64,000 bases of DNA, taken from Cyanophyceae cyanobacterium (GTDB lineage Bacteria > Cyanobacteriota > Cyanobacteriia > Cyanobacteriales > JBHJGN01). Positions 20,648 to 30,078 of this stretch are shown piece after piece (position 1 is the first letter of the stretch; the number at the start of each line of letters is the position of its first letter). Both the position numbers and the translations under genes were made by a program. Where the stretch lies: contig JBHJGN010000029.1 in assembly GCA_050331735.1 (NCBI GenBank), positions 168,338-232,337 of the forward strand. The letters are read 5' to 3'. The notes under the pieces are model-generated. The model had not been told where the DNA came from and searched no databases. It saw only the letters and a program-made list of their open reading frames with translations.

Positions 20648-21466
20648 CTAGGAAGACTTGGGTGCTAGCTTAACATTCTTGGCTAAGCCAACAAACTGTA
20701 GGCAGCGAATCATCATCCAGGTCGTATCAATTTCCCACCACTGCAAACCGTGGCGAGCCGAATACTGGTAAGCATGATGATTGTTGTGCCAGCCTTCTCC
20801 GAAGGTTAACAGGGCTACCCACCAGCAGTTACGGGAATTATCGTGGGACTCGTGGCTTTTGTAGCCAAATCGATGAGTGGCGCTGTTGACAAACCAGGTA
20901 AAGTGAAACACCAACGCGAGGCGGACGAAAATGCCCCAGATAACGGTCGGCCATCCTCCTAACCAGAGGAGCAGCAGGCCAAAAACGATCTGAATCGGCA
21001 AAAAGTATTTCTGGAAAAATTGATAGACCGGATCGTTAGCGATATCTTGGGTGTAGCGCGGAATGTCTTTGTCGGCGGGAATTTTAAACAGCATCCAGCC
21101 GACATGACTCCACCAAAAGCCTCGGTTGGAATCGTGGGGATCGGGTTCTGTATCCGAATGCTTATGGTGAATTCGGTGGAGACCAATCCAGTCGATTGGA
21201 CCCCCTTGACAGGCCAGAGTACCGCAAAATACGAAGAAATACTCGAGCCACTTGGGGGTTTGAAAACTGCGATGGGCGACTAAGCGATGATAGCCTAAAG
21301 TAATCCCTAACCCTCCGGTAATGATATAGAGTACAAAGGCAATGCCGATGGCTCTCCAGCTAAAGTTACTGGGAAATAGGGCCAGTAAAGCCATCAAATG
21401 GATGACGACGATACCGATGATAAAGCTCCATTCTGGAGTCCGTTGATTTGAGGTTGCTACAGTCAT
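20648..21466 (-). CDS. desC: Delta-9 acyl-lipid desaturase
   Basis: His boxes GYHRLVAH, HRIHH, WHNNHH; start MTVATS at 21466. Confidence 0.95.
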   Translation of the reverse strand: MTVATSNQRTPEWSFIIGIVVIHLMALLALFPSNFSWRAIGIAFVLYIITGGLGITLGYHRLVAHRSFQTPKWLEYFFVFCGTLACQGGPIDWIGLHRIHHKHSDTEPDPHDSNRGFWWSHVGWMLFKIPADKDIPRYTQDIANDPVYQFFQKYFLPIQIVFGLLLLWLGGWPTVIWGIFVRLALVFHFTWFVNSATHRFGYKSHESHDNSRNCWWVALLTFGEGWHNNHHAYQYSARHGLQWWEIDTTWMMIRCLQFVGLAKNVKLAPKSS

Positions 21467-21653
21467 GCAGTAATTTAAGTTCACTCCTTAACAGTTAAAT
21501 ATCAGCAACATTCGAGCTTGCCGTTCCTGCGAATCACTCAGGTCAACAAAGACTGAGCAAGCTAGAAACATCGCTGAGATTACCACTCATTTAGTTTAAA
21601 GTTATCTTTGGGTGGCTCAAAGAATCATTCCAAAATCTTACAAAAATGACTTC

Positions 21654-22877
21654 ATGAATCGCTTAGAGCTGCTAGAAGCAGCAGCAGAAGCACTCTGTCC
21701 GATCTTTGCTGATATTGATGCTCAGGTCAAGCAGAACCTGAGAAAGGTCTTGGAAGCTTTTAAAGAACAGCGCGTTGGTGTTCATCATTTCTCGAGCGTG
21801 AGCGGCTATGGACATGACGATCTCGGACGGGATACCCTTGACCGCGTGTTTGCTCAAGTTCTGGGAGCTGAAGCCGCAGCGGCGCGGATCCAGTTTGTTT
21901 CTGGCACTCATGCGATCGCCTGCGCGTTGTTTGGCGTTCTTCGTCCAGGAGACGAAATGTTGGCCGTTGTTGGTTCCCCCTACGACACCTTAGAGGAAGT
22001 GATTGGCTTGCGCGGCAACGGACAAGGTTCTCTCAAAGACTTTAACATTCAGTATCGACAGTTACCTCTAGCCAATGAAGGAAGTGTCGATTGGCAAGCT
22101 CTCAGCACTGCGGTAGAAGCCAAAACTCGACTGGTATTTATTCAGCGTTCCTGTGGCTATTCCTGGCGAACCAGTTTGTCGATTGCAGAAATCGCTCGGA
22201 TCGTTGGCTTAGTTAAACAGCAAAATCCTCATGCAGTTTGCTTTGTAGATAACTGCTACGGAGAGTTTGTGGAGCAGAAAGAACCGACTCAGGTGGGGGC
22301 TGATTTAATCGCCGGGTCTCTGATCAAAAATCCGGGGGGGACCATTGCCTCCGCTGGCGGTTACGTGGCCGGACAGTCTCGGTGGGTAGAAGCCGCCTGT
22401 TGCCGTCTGACCGCTCCCGGAATTGGCCGTGCTGGAGGAGCCACCTTCGAGCAGCGGCTGCTGTATCAAGGGTTATTTCTCGCACCGCAAATGGTGGGAG
22501 AAGCGCTCAAGGGAAGTCATCTGATTGCCTATGTATTGGACAAATTAGGATACCGCGTTAACCCGCTCCCGCTCGTGCCTCGTCGGGATGTCATTCAGGC
22601 GATCGAGCTTGGTTCCCCAGACAAACTCATGGCCTTCTGTCGAGCGATTCAGCAGCATTCACCAGTGGGTTCCTATCTCGACCCCGTTCCTGCTCAAATG
22701 CCGGGGTACGACAGCCAGCTCGTCATGGCTGGAGGTACGTTCGTCGACGGCAGCACCTCAGAATTTTCTGCTGATGGTCCCTTGAGAGAACCCTACGTCG
22801 TTTTTTGCCAGGGAGGAACGCACTGGACCCATGTTGCGATCGCTCTAGAAGCCGCTATTGCCGCCGTAGAAAGCTAA
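21654..22877 (+). CDS. PLP-dependent methionine gamma-lyase family / aluminium-resistance (YnbB-like) protein
   Basis: SGYGHDDLGR, FVSGTHAI, QRSCGYSWR, VDNCYGEF, GSLIKNPGG; ATG start 21654. Confidence 0.88.
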   Translation: MNRLELLEAAAEALCPIFADIDAQVKQNLRKVLEAFKEQRVGVHHFSSVSGYGHDDLGRDTLDRVFAQVLGAEAAAARIQFVSGTHAIACALFGVLRPGDEMLAVVGSPYDTLEEVIGLRGNGQGSLKDFNIQYRQLPLANEGSVDWQALSTAVEAKTRLVFIQRSCGYSWRTSLSIAEIARIVGLVKQQNPHAVCFVDNCYGEFVEQKEPTQVGADLIAGSLIKNPGGTIASAGGYVAGQSRWVEAACCRLTAPGIGRAGGATFEQRLLYQGLFLAPQMVGEALKGSHLIAYVLDKLGYRVNPLPLVPRRDVIQAIELGSPDKLMAFCRAIQQHSPVGSYLDPVPAQMPGYDSQLVMAGGTFVDGSTSEFSADGPLREPYVVFCQGGTHWTHVAIALEAAIAAVES

Positions 22878-22943
22878 ATTAAAAAGTGTTGGCTTGGTCA
22901 CTTATTAGGGAAAAATAGTAGGCAGGGCCTTATTTTAGAACCG

Positions 22944-23549
22944 ATGACACATTCAGAAAATACCCGGCTGCTCGATATCATGCCTGCTTCCGGGCGCATG
23001 TTTACCAAAATCGTCAGCAAACCCCAGCAGGCTAAAGTCATAGATGCCCCGTTTCCGTTGCCCTGGAACCGGGAAAGACGCTCGATTTTGATCAATTTCG
23101 ATCTCTGGCAGCGGCTACCTCAGCCGCAGCAAGATCTGCTAATTTTAAGGGCAGTTAGCAGTGTCATGCAAATCAAGTGGTTCAAGCCCGATATCTATCA
23201 AGGTATTACGTTGGCAGGAGTCGTCGGGCTAGCAACAGAGCTGGTGCAGCGAGATGCTGTGGGGGTTGCTGTGGCTGGCGGATTGAGTGTGATCGCCCTC
23301 AGCCAGATTTGGCGCAGCAACCGCAGTGTTCAAACCCAACTAACCGCCGATGAAGCCGCTATTAAAGTAGCGACCAGACGAGGATATACAGAAGCGGAGG
23401 CGGCAAGCCATCTGTTAGCAGCCCTCGAATCAGTCGCACAGCTTGAAGGTCGCAGCTTCAACTTTACCGAACTGATTCGCTCGCAAAACCTCAAAGTGAT
23501 CGCTAATCTCTCTCCCGTTGGCGTTCCCGAAAGTATCCGCCAGGAATAA
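22944..23549 (+). CDS. Conserved cyanobacterial membrane protein (DUF3318-like)
   Basis: RLLDIMPASGRM, INFDLW, two hydrophobic segments, ADEAAI..A.RRGY. Confidence 0.75.
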   Translation: MTHSENTRLLDIMPASGRMFTKIVSKPQQAKVIDAPFPLPWNRERRSILINFDLWQRLPQPQQDLLILRAVSSVMQIKWFKPDIYQGITLAGVVGLATELVQRDAVGVAVAGGLSVIALSQIWRSNRSVQTQLTADEAAIKVATRRGYTEAEAASHLLAALESVAQLEGRSFNFTELIRSQNLKVIANLSPVGVPESIRQE

Positions 23550-23696
23550 AATCAGTCCGTCGCTGGGCAGCATCAAAGAGTAGCTCTTAGCCAATCGTGA
23601 CAAGTTATCATATAGACTTCGCGATTTGTCAACTAGTTTTTAGCTGTTGGCTTGACTCTGTTTTGAACTGAATCGACGCCTTCCTTAGAGTTGAAT

Positions 23697-24896
23697 CTAC
23701 TTTCCTGGATCTGTGACCCGCCAGCTCAGCTTGAGGTTAAACCAGAAATTCCACAGCGTTACGGCGGCGATCGCCATGAGCTTGGCCGCGTACTCATTCA
23801 CGCCTAAAAGATTGTAGAGCAAATTAACCAAGAGGACGTTCAAAATTAGTCCCCCTAGACAAATAACGTTAAACTTCAGCAGTCTTTTGAAACGGCTGCG
23901 CCAGCCCCGCTGTCGTCGAGAAATATCGCCAAACGTCCAGAGATCGTTCCAGAAAAAGTTGTTAATAATGGCCACTTCCGCCGAGAAAATGGCGCTGCGC
24001 GTTAGTCCTAACCCAACCAGTTCCCGCAACAGGTAGAAGATGCCCATATCTACAAAAACGCCGCTTAAGCCGACGACGCCAAAGCGCAGGAAGCGACCAA
24101 CAGGCCAGAGATCGCAGCGTAACCGGAGCAGATGCTGCAAATACTCGATGTACTGTTTCCAGGTGACTTTACTTTCTCCGGCCTGACGTTCGCGGAAAAC
24201 ATAGCCAGCTTCTCCAATCCAGCGTACGTTGCCCCGCGCTACAACCTCAATTAAGATCTTGTAGCCCACCGGACTCAGGGGCTTGCCAAAAATGGCACTG
24301 CGGCGGACGAGAAAGTAACCGCTCATCGGATCGCTCAAGCGGCCAATCACCCCCGGCAGAATCATTAAGCCGAGCATCTGCGCTCCCCGAGAGAGAAACC
24401 GCCGCACGATGCTCCATTCGCTAACACCGCCGCCCTCGACGTGGCGACTGGCTAAGGCCAGGTCGGCTCCGCGCTCTATTTCTTGCCAAAGCTGAAGCAA
24501 AACCTCTGGTGGGTGCTGCAAGTCGGCATCAATGACCCCCAACACCTCTCCTCGCGCTACCTGCCAGCCACGAATGACGGCGGTTGACAATCCTTTTTCA
24601 TCAACGCGACGCATCACTCGTAGCTGCGGATAAGCTGCCGTTAACTCTTGGGCAATTTTCCAAGTCTGGTCTGGGCTATTGTCATCAACAACAATCAGCT
24701 CATAAGCACCGGGAATCACCCCGTCGAGTAAGCGGCTGAGAATGCTAATCAGCTCCTGAACATTCTGCCCTTCATTGAAAGTCGGAACGATCAAAGAGAA
24801 GCGGACTGAATTGGCAGCTTGATGAACAGGACGTTCGGGAACGTGTAGGGAACCAGAAGGCACTGGCAATAACGGGGCAAATTGGCTAGAACTCAT
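23697..24896 (-). CDS. Polyprenol-phosphate glycosyltransferase (GT2, DPM1-like) with C-terminal GtrA domain
   Basis: IVPTFNE, VVDDNSPDQT, IDADLQHPPE, DPMSGYF; GtrA RFLRFGVVG..NFFWNDLWTF. Confidence 0.9.
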   Translation of the reverse strand: MSSSQFAPLLPVPSGSLHVPERPVHQAANSVRFSLIVPTFNEGQNVQELISILSRLLDGVIPGAYELIVVDDNSPDQTWKIAQELTAAYPQLRVMRRVDEKGLSTAVIRGWQVARGEVLGVIDADLQHPPEVLLQLWQEIERGADLALASRHVEGGGVSEWSIVRRFLSRGAQMLGLMILPGVIGRLSDPMSGYFLVRRSAIFGKPLSPVGYKILIEVVARGNVRWIGEAGYVFRERQAGESKVTWKQYIEYLQHLLRLRCDLWPVGRFLRFGVVGLSGVFVDMGIFYLLRELVGLGLTRSAIFSAEVAIINNFFWNDLWTFGDISRRQRGWRSRFKRLLKFNVICLGGLILNVLLVNLLYNLLGVNEYAAKLMAIAAVTLWNFWFNLKLSWRVTDPGK

Positions 24897-24905
24897 GGGG
24901 TTAAC

Positions 24906-26567
24906 TTAACTAGAGGCGGAGAGACTATATATGTAGGCAGTGAATTCGTCTAATTCCATCGTTCCCGACAGCGGCTGGATTTTTTCGAGCTGATAGCGGG
25001 AATTCAACACTTGCTGGACATTTTGTCGATCCTCGGCTGCCTGAGCTTCTGTCTGAGGAGCCGCCCAGAGAGGTCTTTGGCTGTCTAACCAAATAAGACG
25101 AGGATAGGAGGAACCGGACAGGGTTTTTTCTAATCCGGAAGCTAAACTAGCGCTATCTTGGGCAAGTAAGCTCACTGGAGCATTGGTTGGCAGATAGTAA
25201 ACTAAACGCAGGACGTGTCCCCACGCTTTCGAGTTTATGGCAACGAGCGTCGGCGTTGCAGGCTGTTGTTCAATGATGTTTGCTAGTCGATGAAATACCC
25301 AGCGCGATCGCCCGCTGAAATCGGCCACACTGACGCTCAGATACAGCACGAGGAGAATCGCCGCTGTTGCCTTCTGCCACTGCTGCTGACTGCACTCAGC
25401 CCAGGCGGCAATCAGCAGCAAGCAGCCGGGAAGAATAAAAATGACCGATCGGCCCCAGCCAAAGCCCACCGTAAATTTGCCGCTCACGACATCAACTGCC
25501 AGCATCAGCAGCAGCGGCAGAATTCCGAGCAAAAAAGCAATTCCAAATGCTTGTCGTCCTCGATGCCACAGACTCACGCTACAGCCTAGCAGACCGAGAA
25601 TAACCAGCACTCCTGAACCAATGACAACGGCAGGCGGTAACGTGCTTACCCAATCTCCCACCGCGAGATGAATGCCCAAGGTTTGGACAACCCCTGCTGT
25701 ATGCGTAGCAACTGTTTCTAGCCAATTGTTCGAGGTGGCAAACCGATTAAGATCGGCATTTCGCAACTGCTGTCGAGTGCCCCACCACACCCAAGGAGTG
25801 GTAATCACGGCTCCAGTACTGAGAGCCAGGGCATATTGCCACCAGCGTTTACGGTCCAGCAACAACACGACAGCCCCCAGCGCTACCAGCCAAACCGCAA
25901 AGTAATAAAACGTCATCAATCCTGCCGTGACTGAACCGATGAGCAGCACCCAGAGACCAAAACGGTGCAGCGATCGCCTGCTGGTTACTGTCCGATTGAG
26001 GTGAATTAACTCTAACAACAGCCAAGCGCTTACCACCGTCCAGAAGACTAGGGGAGTGTACATGCGGACGTTGAGAGAGTGAAACAAAAAAAACGGATTC
26101 ACTCCTAACAACGCCGCCAATAGCAAGCCACCGCGATGTCCAAGGACGCGATTTCCGAGGCCGTAAGCCCCGCCAATGGCTCCCACGCTAAACAAGACCC
26201 CGAGGCTACGCAGGGCGGCTTCTGAATTGCCAAACAGCCGCAGCCAGAAATGCTGACCGAGATAGAATAATGGCGGATGAGGTTCAGCAACTAAGCCCTT
26301 TAACAGCTTTTCAAGGGTTCCTAAAAAATTTGACCAGCTCGTTTCTGGCGGCAGGGTCAGGACCGAGGAGTAGCTGCTCAGATCAACTGGCACATCGCCC
26401 GGAGTCCGATAAGCGCCCTTTTGACCGGTGGACAGCAGCAGTGACAAAACTTCGTCGTACCAAAATTCTCGCTCGCCTACATAAACAATCCTTAACAGTA
26501 CGGCGATCGCAATCAGCGCCAGCAGCAAAAACTCTAGGTTCCGCAGTGGTTTAGACAATTTGGGCAT
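24906..26567 (-). CDS. GT-C membrane glycosyltransferase (PMT/GT39-like)
   Basis: FWYDE, HPPLFY, ALRSL, RMY motifs; multiple TM segments; coupled to the GT2-GtrA gene. Confidence 0.8.
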   Translation of the reverse strand: MPKLSKPLRNLEFLLLALIAIAVLLRIVYVGEREFWYDEVLSLLLSTGQKGAYRTPGDVPVDLSSYSSVLTLPPETSWSNFLGTLEKLLKGLVAEPHPPLFYLGQHFWLRLFGNSEAALRSLGVLFSVGAIGGAYGLGNRVLGHRGGLLLAALLGVNPFFLFHSLNVRMYTPLVFWTVVSAWLLLELIHLNRTVTSRRSLHRFGLWVLLIGSVTAGLMTFYYFAVWLVALGAVVLLLDRKRWWQYALALSTGAVITTPWVWWGTRQQLRNADLNRFATSNNWLETVATHTAGVVQTLGIHLAVGDWVSTLPPAVVIGSGVLVILGLLGCSVSLWHRGRQAFGIAFLLGILPLLLMLAVDVVSGKFTVGFGWGRSVIFILPGCLLLIAAWAECSQQQWQKATAAILLVLYLSVSVADFSGRSRWVFHRLANIIEQQPATPTLVAINSKAWGHVLRLVYYLPTNAPVSLLAQDSASLASGLEKTLSGSSYPRLIWLDSQRPLWAAPQTEAQAAEDRQNVQQVLNSRYQLEKIQPLSGTMELDEFTAYIYSLSASS

Positions 26568-26816
26568 CGGTCAGCTTCAGTTCCCGTCACTCAGCGATAG
26601 TCGAGCTTGAGTAATTAGGATAACCTAAAAATCTTTATCAGTTGGCAGGGGCGATCGCCCCAAAGATAAGACCAGCTTGGCTTTGATACAAATGTCACAG
26701 CATCTAACGATTCAGAAAGCCCAGCAAATTTGCGGCGGCGCGAAAGTAAGATATTTGTATTGGTGACGTTGGCACTTCAGTTTATTCTCAAAGTGTCCTT
26801 CATCTTTTCATCAACC

Positions 26817-27461
26817 ATGGCACTATTCTTTCTTGTGAGCGGCTTACTGTTACTGAGTGCCTATTTGTTGGGCTCTATTCCCAACGGGTATTTGCTCGGT
26901 CGTGCTCTTAAAGGAATTGACATCCGCGAACACGGCTCTGGCTCGACGGGCGCAACTAATGTCCTGAGAACCGTCGGTAAGGGAGCGGCCCTCGCTGTGC
27001 TATTGCTCGATGCGGCTAAAGGAGCCCTTTCCGTCGCCTTAATTGACGGCTGCTATACTTTTTATCCTCAATGGCTTCCTCCGGGCTGGCAGCCTTGGCT
27101 CGCCACCGCTGCCGCTTTTACAGCTATTGTCGGTCATAGCAAATCAATCTGGATTAATTTTACCGGGGGGAAATCAGTAGCAACCGGATTAGGCGTACTG
27201 CTCGTCATGTCTCCCCTCGTCGCCGGTGGAACATTAGCCGTGTTTATCATCGTCCTAGCGCTGACCAGAATCGTGTCTCTGAGCTCCATCGCAGCAGCGA
27301 TCGCCGTCAACCTTTGGCTGATTGCCCTCCATCAGCCTATCCCCTACCTTCTCTTCGGCGGTATTGCTGGGACTTACGTCATTTTGCGTCACCGCAGCAA
27401 CATCGAGCGTCTCCTAGCCGGAACAGAACCCAAAATTGGCCAAAAGCTTACGCAAGAATAA
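26817..27461 (+). CDS. plsY: Glycerol-3-phosphate acyltransferase PlsY
   Basis: YLLGSIP, GSGSTGATNVLR, GHSKS..FTGGKSVATG, RHRSNIERL..GTE; ATG 26817. Confidence 0.95.
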   Translation: MALFFLVSGLLLLSAYLLGSIPNGYLLGRALKGIDIREHGSGSTGATNVLRTVGKGAALAVLLLDAAKGALSVALIDGCYTFYPQWLPPGWQPWLATAAAFTAIVGHSKSIWINFTGGKSVATGLGVLLVMSPLVAGGTLAVFIIVLALTRIVSLSSIAAAIAVNLWLIALHQPIPYLLFGGIAGTYVILRHRSNIERLLAGTEPKIGQKLTQE

Positions 27462-27652
27462 GTCCCTGCGGAACGGGGAAGGGGGAAAGGGAATGTCCCT
27501 AGCGGGACGGGAAAAGGCGAGAACGTCGCTTGGCGACGGGAAAAGAACCCAGGATTAAGAGAGCCGCTGATTGATTTGCCCTTTCCCCCTTCCCCGTTCC
27601 CCGTTGCGCAGCAACTATTTTCCCGTTGCGCAGCAACTTTCCCCCTTCCCCA
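27462..27652. repeat. Intergenic composite repeat (same family as 20488-20645)
   Basis: Hairpins GTCCC-TAGC-GGGAC (27495), GTCGC-TTG-GCGAC (27525), GTTGC-GCA-GCAAC twice (27603, 27625) among GGGGAAA/TTTCCCC tracts. Confidence 0.85.
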
Positions 27653-27668
27653 CGCCTAGGAGCGCTTA

Positions 27669-28283
27669 TTAAAGCAGAATCAATCCCTGTCTGAGACCGA
27701 GAGTGACGGCTTCGGTGCGGCTAGAGGCGTTGAGCTTGGCAAAGAGGGAGCTAACGTGGAATTTGACGGTGTGTTCGGAAATAGTGAGGCGAGCGGCAAT
27801 CTCTTTGTTGCCTAAACCGAGGGCGAGCATCTGAAGCACCTCCACCTCTCGGGTGGTCAGAGGAGCGGTGTCAGGAACAAGCGCCGGCGGGGACGGGGGA
27901 AAGAGCTCCTCAGTAAAATAGGGATGCAGCACCGTTAACCCTTGAGCAACGGCTTCTACTGCGGTCATAATTTCTGCTGCTGTTGCTGACAAGGGCAGGA
28001 GGGCCTGTACTCCCATTGAGAGGGCATCCGCCACCCGCTCGTTAGCGATTTGGTCGCTGAGCACGATGACTGCTGGAGTTTTGTAGTCTAAGCACAACCG
28101 TTCTCCTAGGAGTTCATCCTCTGGCTCCTCCAACAGCAGGACATCGGGCTGCTGTTGGAGGAGCTGCCGGAGAGCAGCCACAGTTGAGGAGCTGCCGACA
28201 ACTTCGATGGAGCTTGTGGTAATCAGATTCTCTAACCCGGCCCTCACAATCGGATGGGGTGAATGAAGCACCACACGCGTCAT
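27669..28283 (-). CDS. NarL/LuxR family regulator with atypical receiver domain
   Basis: LuxR HTH LTTREVEVLQMLALGLGNKEIAARLTISEHTVKFHVSSL; receiver lacks the acidic pair, phospho-Asp (PDVLLLEE) and Lys. Confidence 0.9.
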   Translation of the reverse strand: MTRVVLHSPHPIVRAGLENLITTSSIEVVGSSSTVAALRQLLQQQPDVLLLEEPEDELLGERLCLDYKTPAVIVLSDQIANERVADALSMGVQALLPLSATAAEIMTAVEAVAQGLTVLHPYFTEELFPPSPPALVPDTAPLTTREVEVLQMLALGLGNKEIAARLTISEHTVKFHVSSLFAKLNASSRTEAVTLGLRQGLILL

Positions 28284-28927
28284 AGACTTTCCTCTCGAGC
28301 CAGAAACCGCTCAACTTCATGACTGGGAATGGCCAAAGCCAATCCCCCAGCGATCATTGTGTTGATGCCAATCACGTGACCTTGAGCGGTTGCCAAAGGA
28401 CCGCCAGAATTACCCGGAGCAAGCCGAATATTGGCCCGCAGCCAGTCTTGTTGGAGAGGCGCCTCCTCGAGGCGTATCCAGCGATCGCCCCATCGCGATC
28501 GCCCTTGTCTCCGCAGGTTTCGAGCCAGTCTCCCGGCTGAGGAGCTATAAACGGTTCCAGTGGTCAAGGCTCCCGTTGTGCCGAGGGGATTGCCGACCGC
28601 CAGCACCAATTCCCCGGGCCGCAGCGTCTGAGAATGACCGACCGTTACTGCGGGGAGAGTGGCTGGAACGCGCAGTACGGCTAAATCTCTATCGGGGTCT
28701 CGCCACCTAACCTGAGCGTTAAGAATTTGTCCGTTGGCAAGTTCTACGAGCGTCGGTGCTGCCCAGACAACATGAGCATTGGTGACAATCAGGCCATCAG
28801 AGCGCCAAATAACGCCAGAGCCGGCACTGCCACGACTGCTGCTAATTTTCACGGTCGAATGGCGTAATCGGTGAGCGATCGCCGCTAGCTCTGTGGCAAG
28901 TTGAGCGGTTATTGCTCTCTGGATCAT
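28280..28927 (-). CDS. Trypsin-like (S1C/HtrA-type) serine protease without PDZ or signal peptide
   Basis: Triad intact: TNAHVV, DLAVL, PGNSGGPL; ATGA overlap with the regulator. Confidence 0.88.
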   Translation of the reverse strand: MIQRAITAQLATELAAIAHRLRHSTVKISSSRGSAGSGVIWRSDGLIVTNAHVVWAAPTLVELANGQILNAQVRWRDPDRDLAVLRVPATLPAVTVGHSQTLRPGELVLAVGNPLGTTGALTTGTVYSSSAGRLARNLRRQGRSRWGDRWIRLEEAPLQQDWLRANIRLAPGNSGGPLATAQGHVIGINTMIAGGLALAIPSHEVERFLAREESL

Positions 28928-28931
28928 TTTC

Positions 28932-29846
28932 CTACCTCCCGCGCTCGCCCACTTCTAAAGAGACTTCAATGAGTTCGCCACCGCGCAGGAGCTGCACCGC
29001 TAGCGTTTGACCGACACTCTGCGGCCCCAAAACAGCCTGGATATCGCCGGTGTCTGTAACAGCCGTTCCGTTGATAGCCACGAGCACATCCCCGAGGAAG
29101 ATGCCGGAGCGATCGCCGGGTCCGCCGGATTCAACGCTGACGACAATTACGCCTCGCTGTGACGACAGTGAAAATCTTCGGGACAAAGTATCTGGGAGGG
29201 CGACAGGCTGCATCCCCAAACCGAGATAGCCTCTAGCAACGCGTCCTTGCTTCAGTAACTGATCGAGCACTCGCTGGACGGTGGTAGCGGGAATCGTCAG
29301 TACGCTGCGACGCGGACCAAACGTATTAAAACCGACGACAGTCCCGCCTGCATCGACGAGAGGTCCGCCTGCTCCTTCAGAGTAGAGGGTTAAATCAGGA
29401 CGAATTAGCTGGTCAATCAAGCCGCCTCTCATACTCTGCCAGGACTGGCCGAGAAGACTGATCGCTCCAAGGCTGGCAGATAGCCCTTGCTCCCGACTGC
29501 GACCGACTGCAAGCACTAAATGTCCTACCTGAAGGGCGGTCGGCTGACCGATATTGGCTGTCGGTGGCAGTTCTTCCCCCAGCAGCTTTAAAACGGCGAC
29601 GTCAGTGCTGGCGTCTCGACCGGCAACAGTCACAGGGACAGTTTGACCAGAGGGCAACGTCACGGTCATCGCCTCTTCGCGTTTAATCATTTCATCGGAG
29701 GTGACAATGATTCCTGGTTGCCAGTGAATGCCGCTTGAGGAACGCCGCGAGCCGTGCACCGCAACGACAGATTGGCCCACGGTCTGAACAGTATCGGCAA
29801 TGCTCTTTGAAAGAGCCGATAGCAGATTGTCGGTTGACGTCAGCAT
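28932..29846 (-). CDS. HtrA-like protein (trypsin-like domain + PDZ) with degenerate catalytic triad
   Basis: IVTSDEMI in place of TNAH, DVAVL retained, SEGAGGPL in place of PGNSGGPL; PDZ RGYLGLGMQ..GDVLVAING. Confidence 0.85.
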   Translation of the reverse strand: MLTSTDNLLSALSKSIADTVQTVGQSVVAVHGSRRSSSGIHWQPGIIVTSDEMIKREEAMTVTLPSGQTVPVTVAGRDASTDVAVLKLLGEELPPTANIGQPTALQVGHLVLAVGRSREQGLSASLGAISLLGQSWQSMRGGLIDQLIRPDLTLYSEGAGGPLVDAGGTVVGFNTFGPRRSVLTIPATTVQRVLDQLLKQGRVARGYLGLGMQPVALPDTLSRRFSLSSQRGVIVVSVESGGPGDRSGIFLGDVLVAINGTAVTDTGDIQAVLGPQSVGQTLAVQLLRGGELIEVSLEVGERGR

Positions 29847-29910
29847 AGTTTTGTTTCAACTCGAGAAGGTATCTGCTGTTGATTGTGCCGTTCAGCCAGT
29901 AGAAACGACA

Positions 29911-29951
29911 TCAGATAAATGGGCAGTTCGTTTCCTAGAAAAATGGCTAGG
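29911..29951. promoter_or_regulatory. Paired operator-like motifs upstream of the protease-regulator operon
   Basis: TCAGATAAATGGGCAG (29911-29926) and CTAGAAAAATGGCTAG (29935-29950), 11/16 identical, 24 bp apart; the second lies in a CCTAG-N8-CTAGG dyad. Confidence 0.4.
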
Positions 29952-30075
29952 GGAAGCGCCACAGGCGCGGGAAAAGGTCAAAGGGGGAATAAATGAGTTT
30001 GTTTCTTAACTCTGTGTTCTTTCCCTTTCCCCGTCCCGTCAGGGACAGTTTCCCCTTTCCCCGTCGCGGAGCGAC
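29951..30075. repeat. Intergenic composite repeat (same family)
   Basis: GCGCC-ACA-GGCGC (29956), GTCCC-GTCA-GGGAC (30033), GTCGC-GGA-GCGAC (30063) flanked by TTTCCCC/GGGAAA. Confidence 0.8.
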
Positions 30076-30078
30076 AAA

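Noticed and set aside
27462..27652. CRISPR-like appearance of the repeated hairpins
   Set aside because: No constant 25-40 nt repeat with unique, regularly sized spacers, and no cas genes in the window
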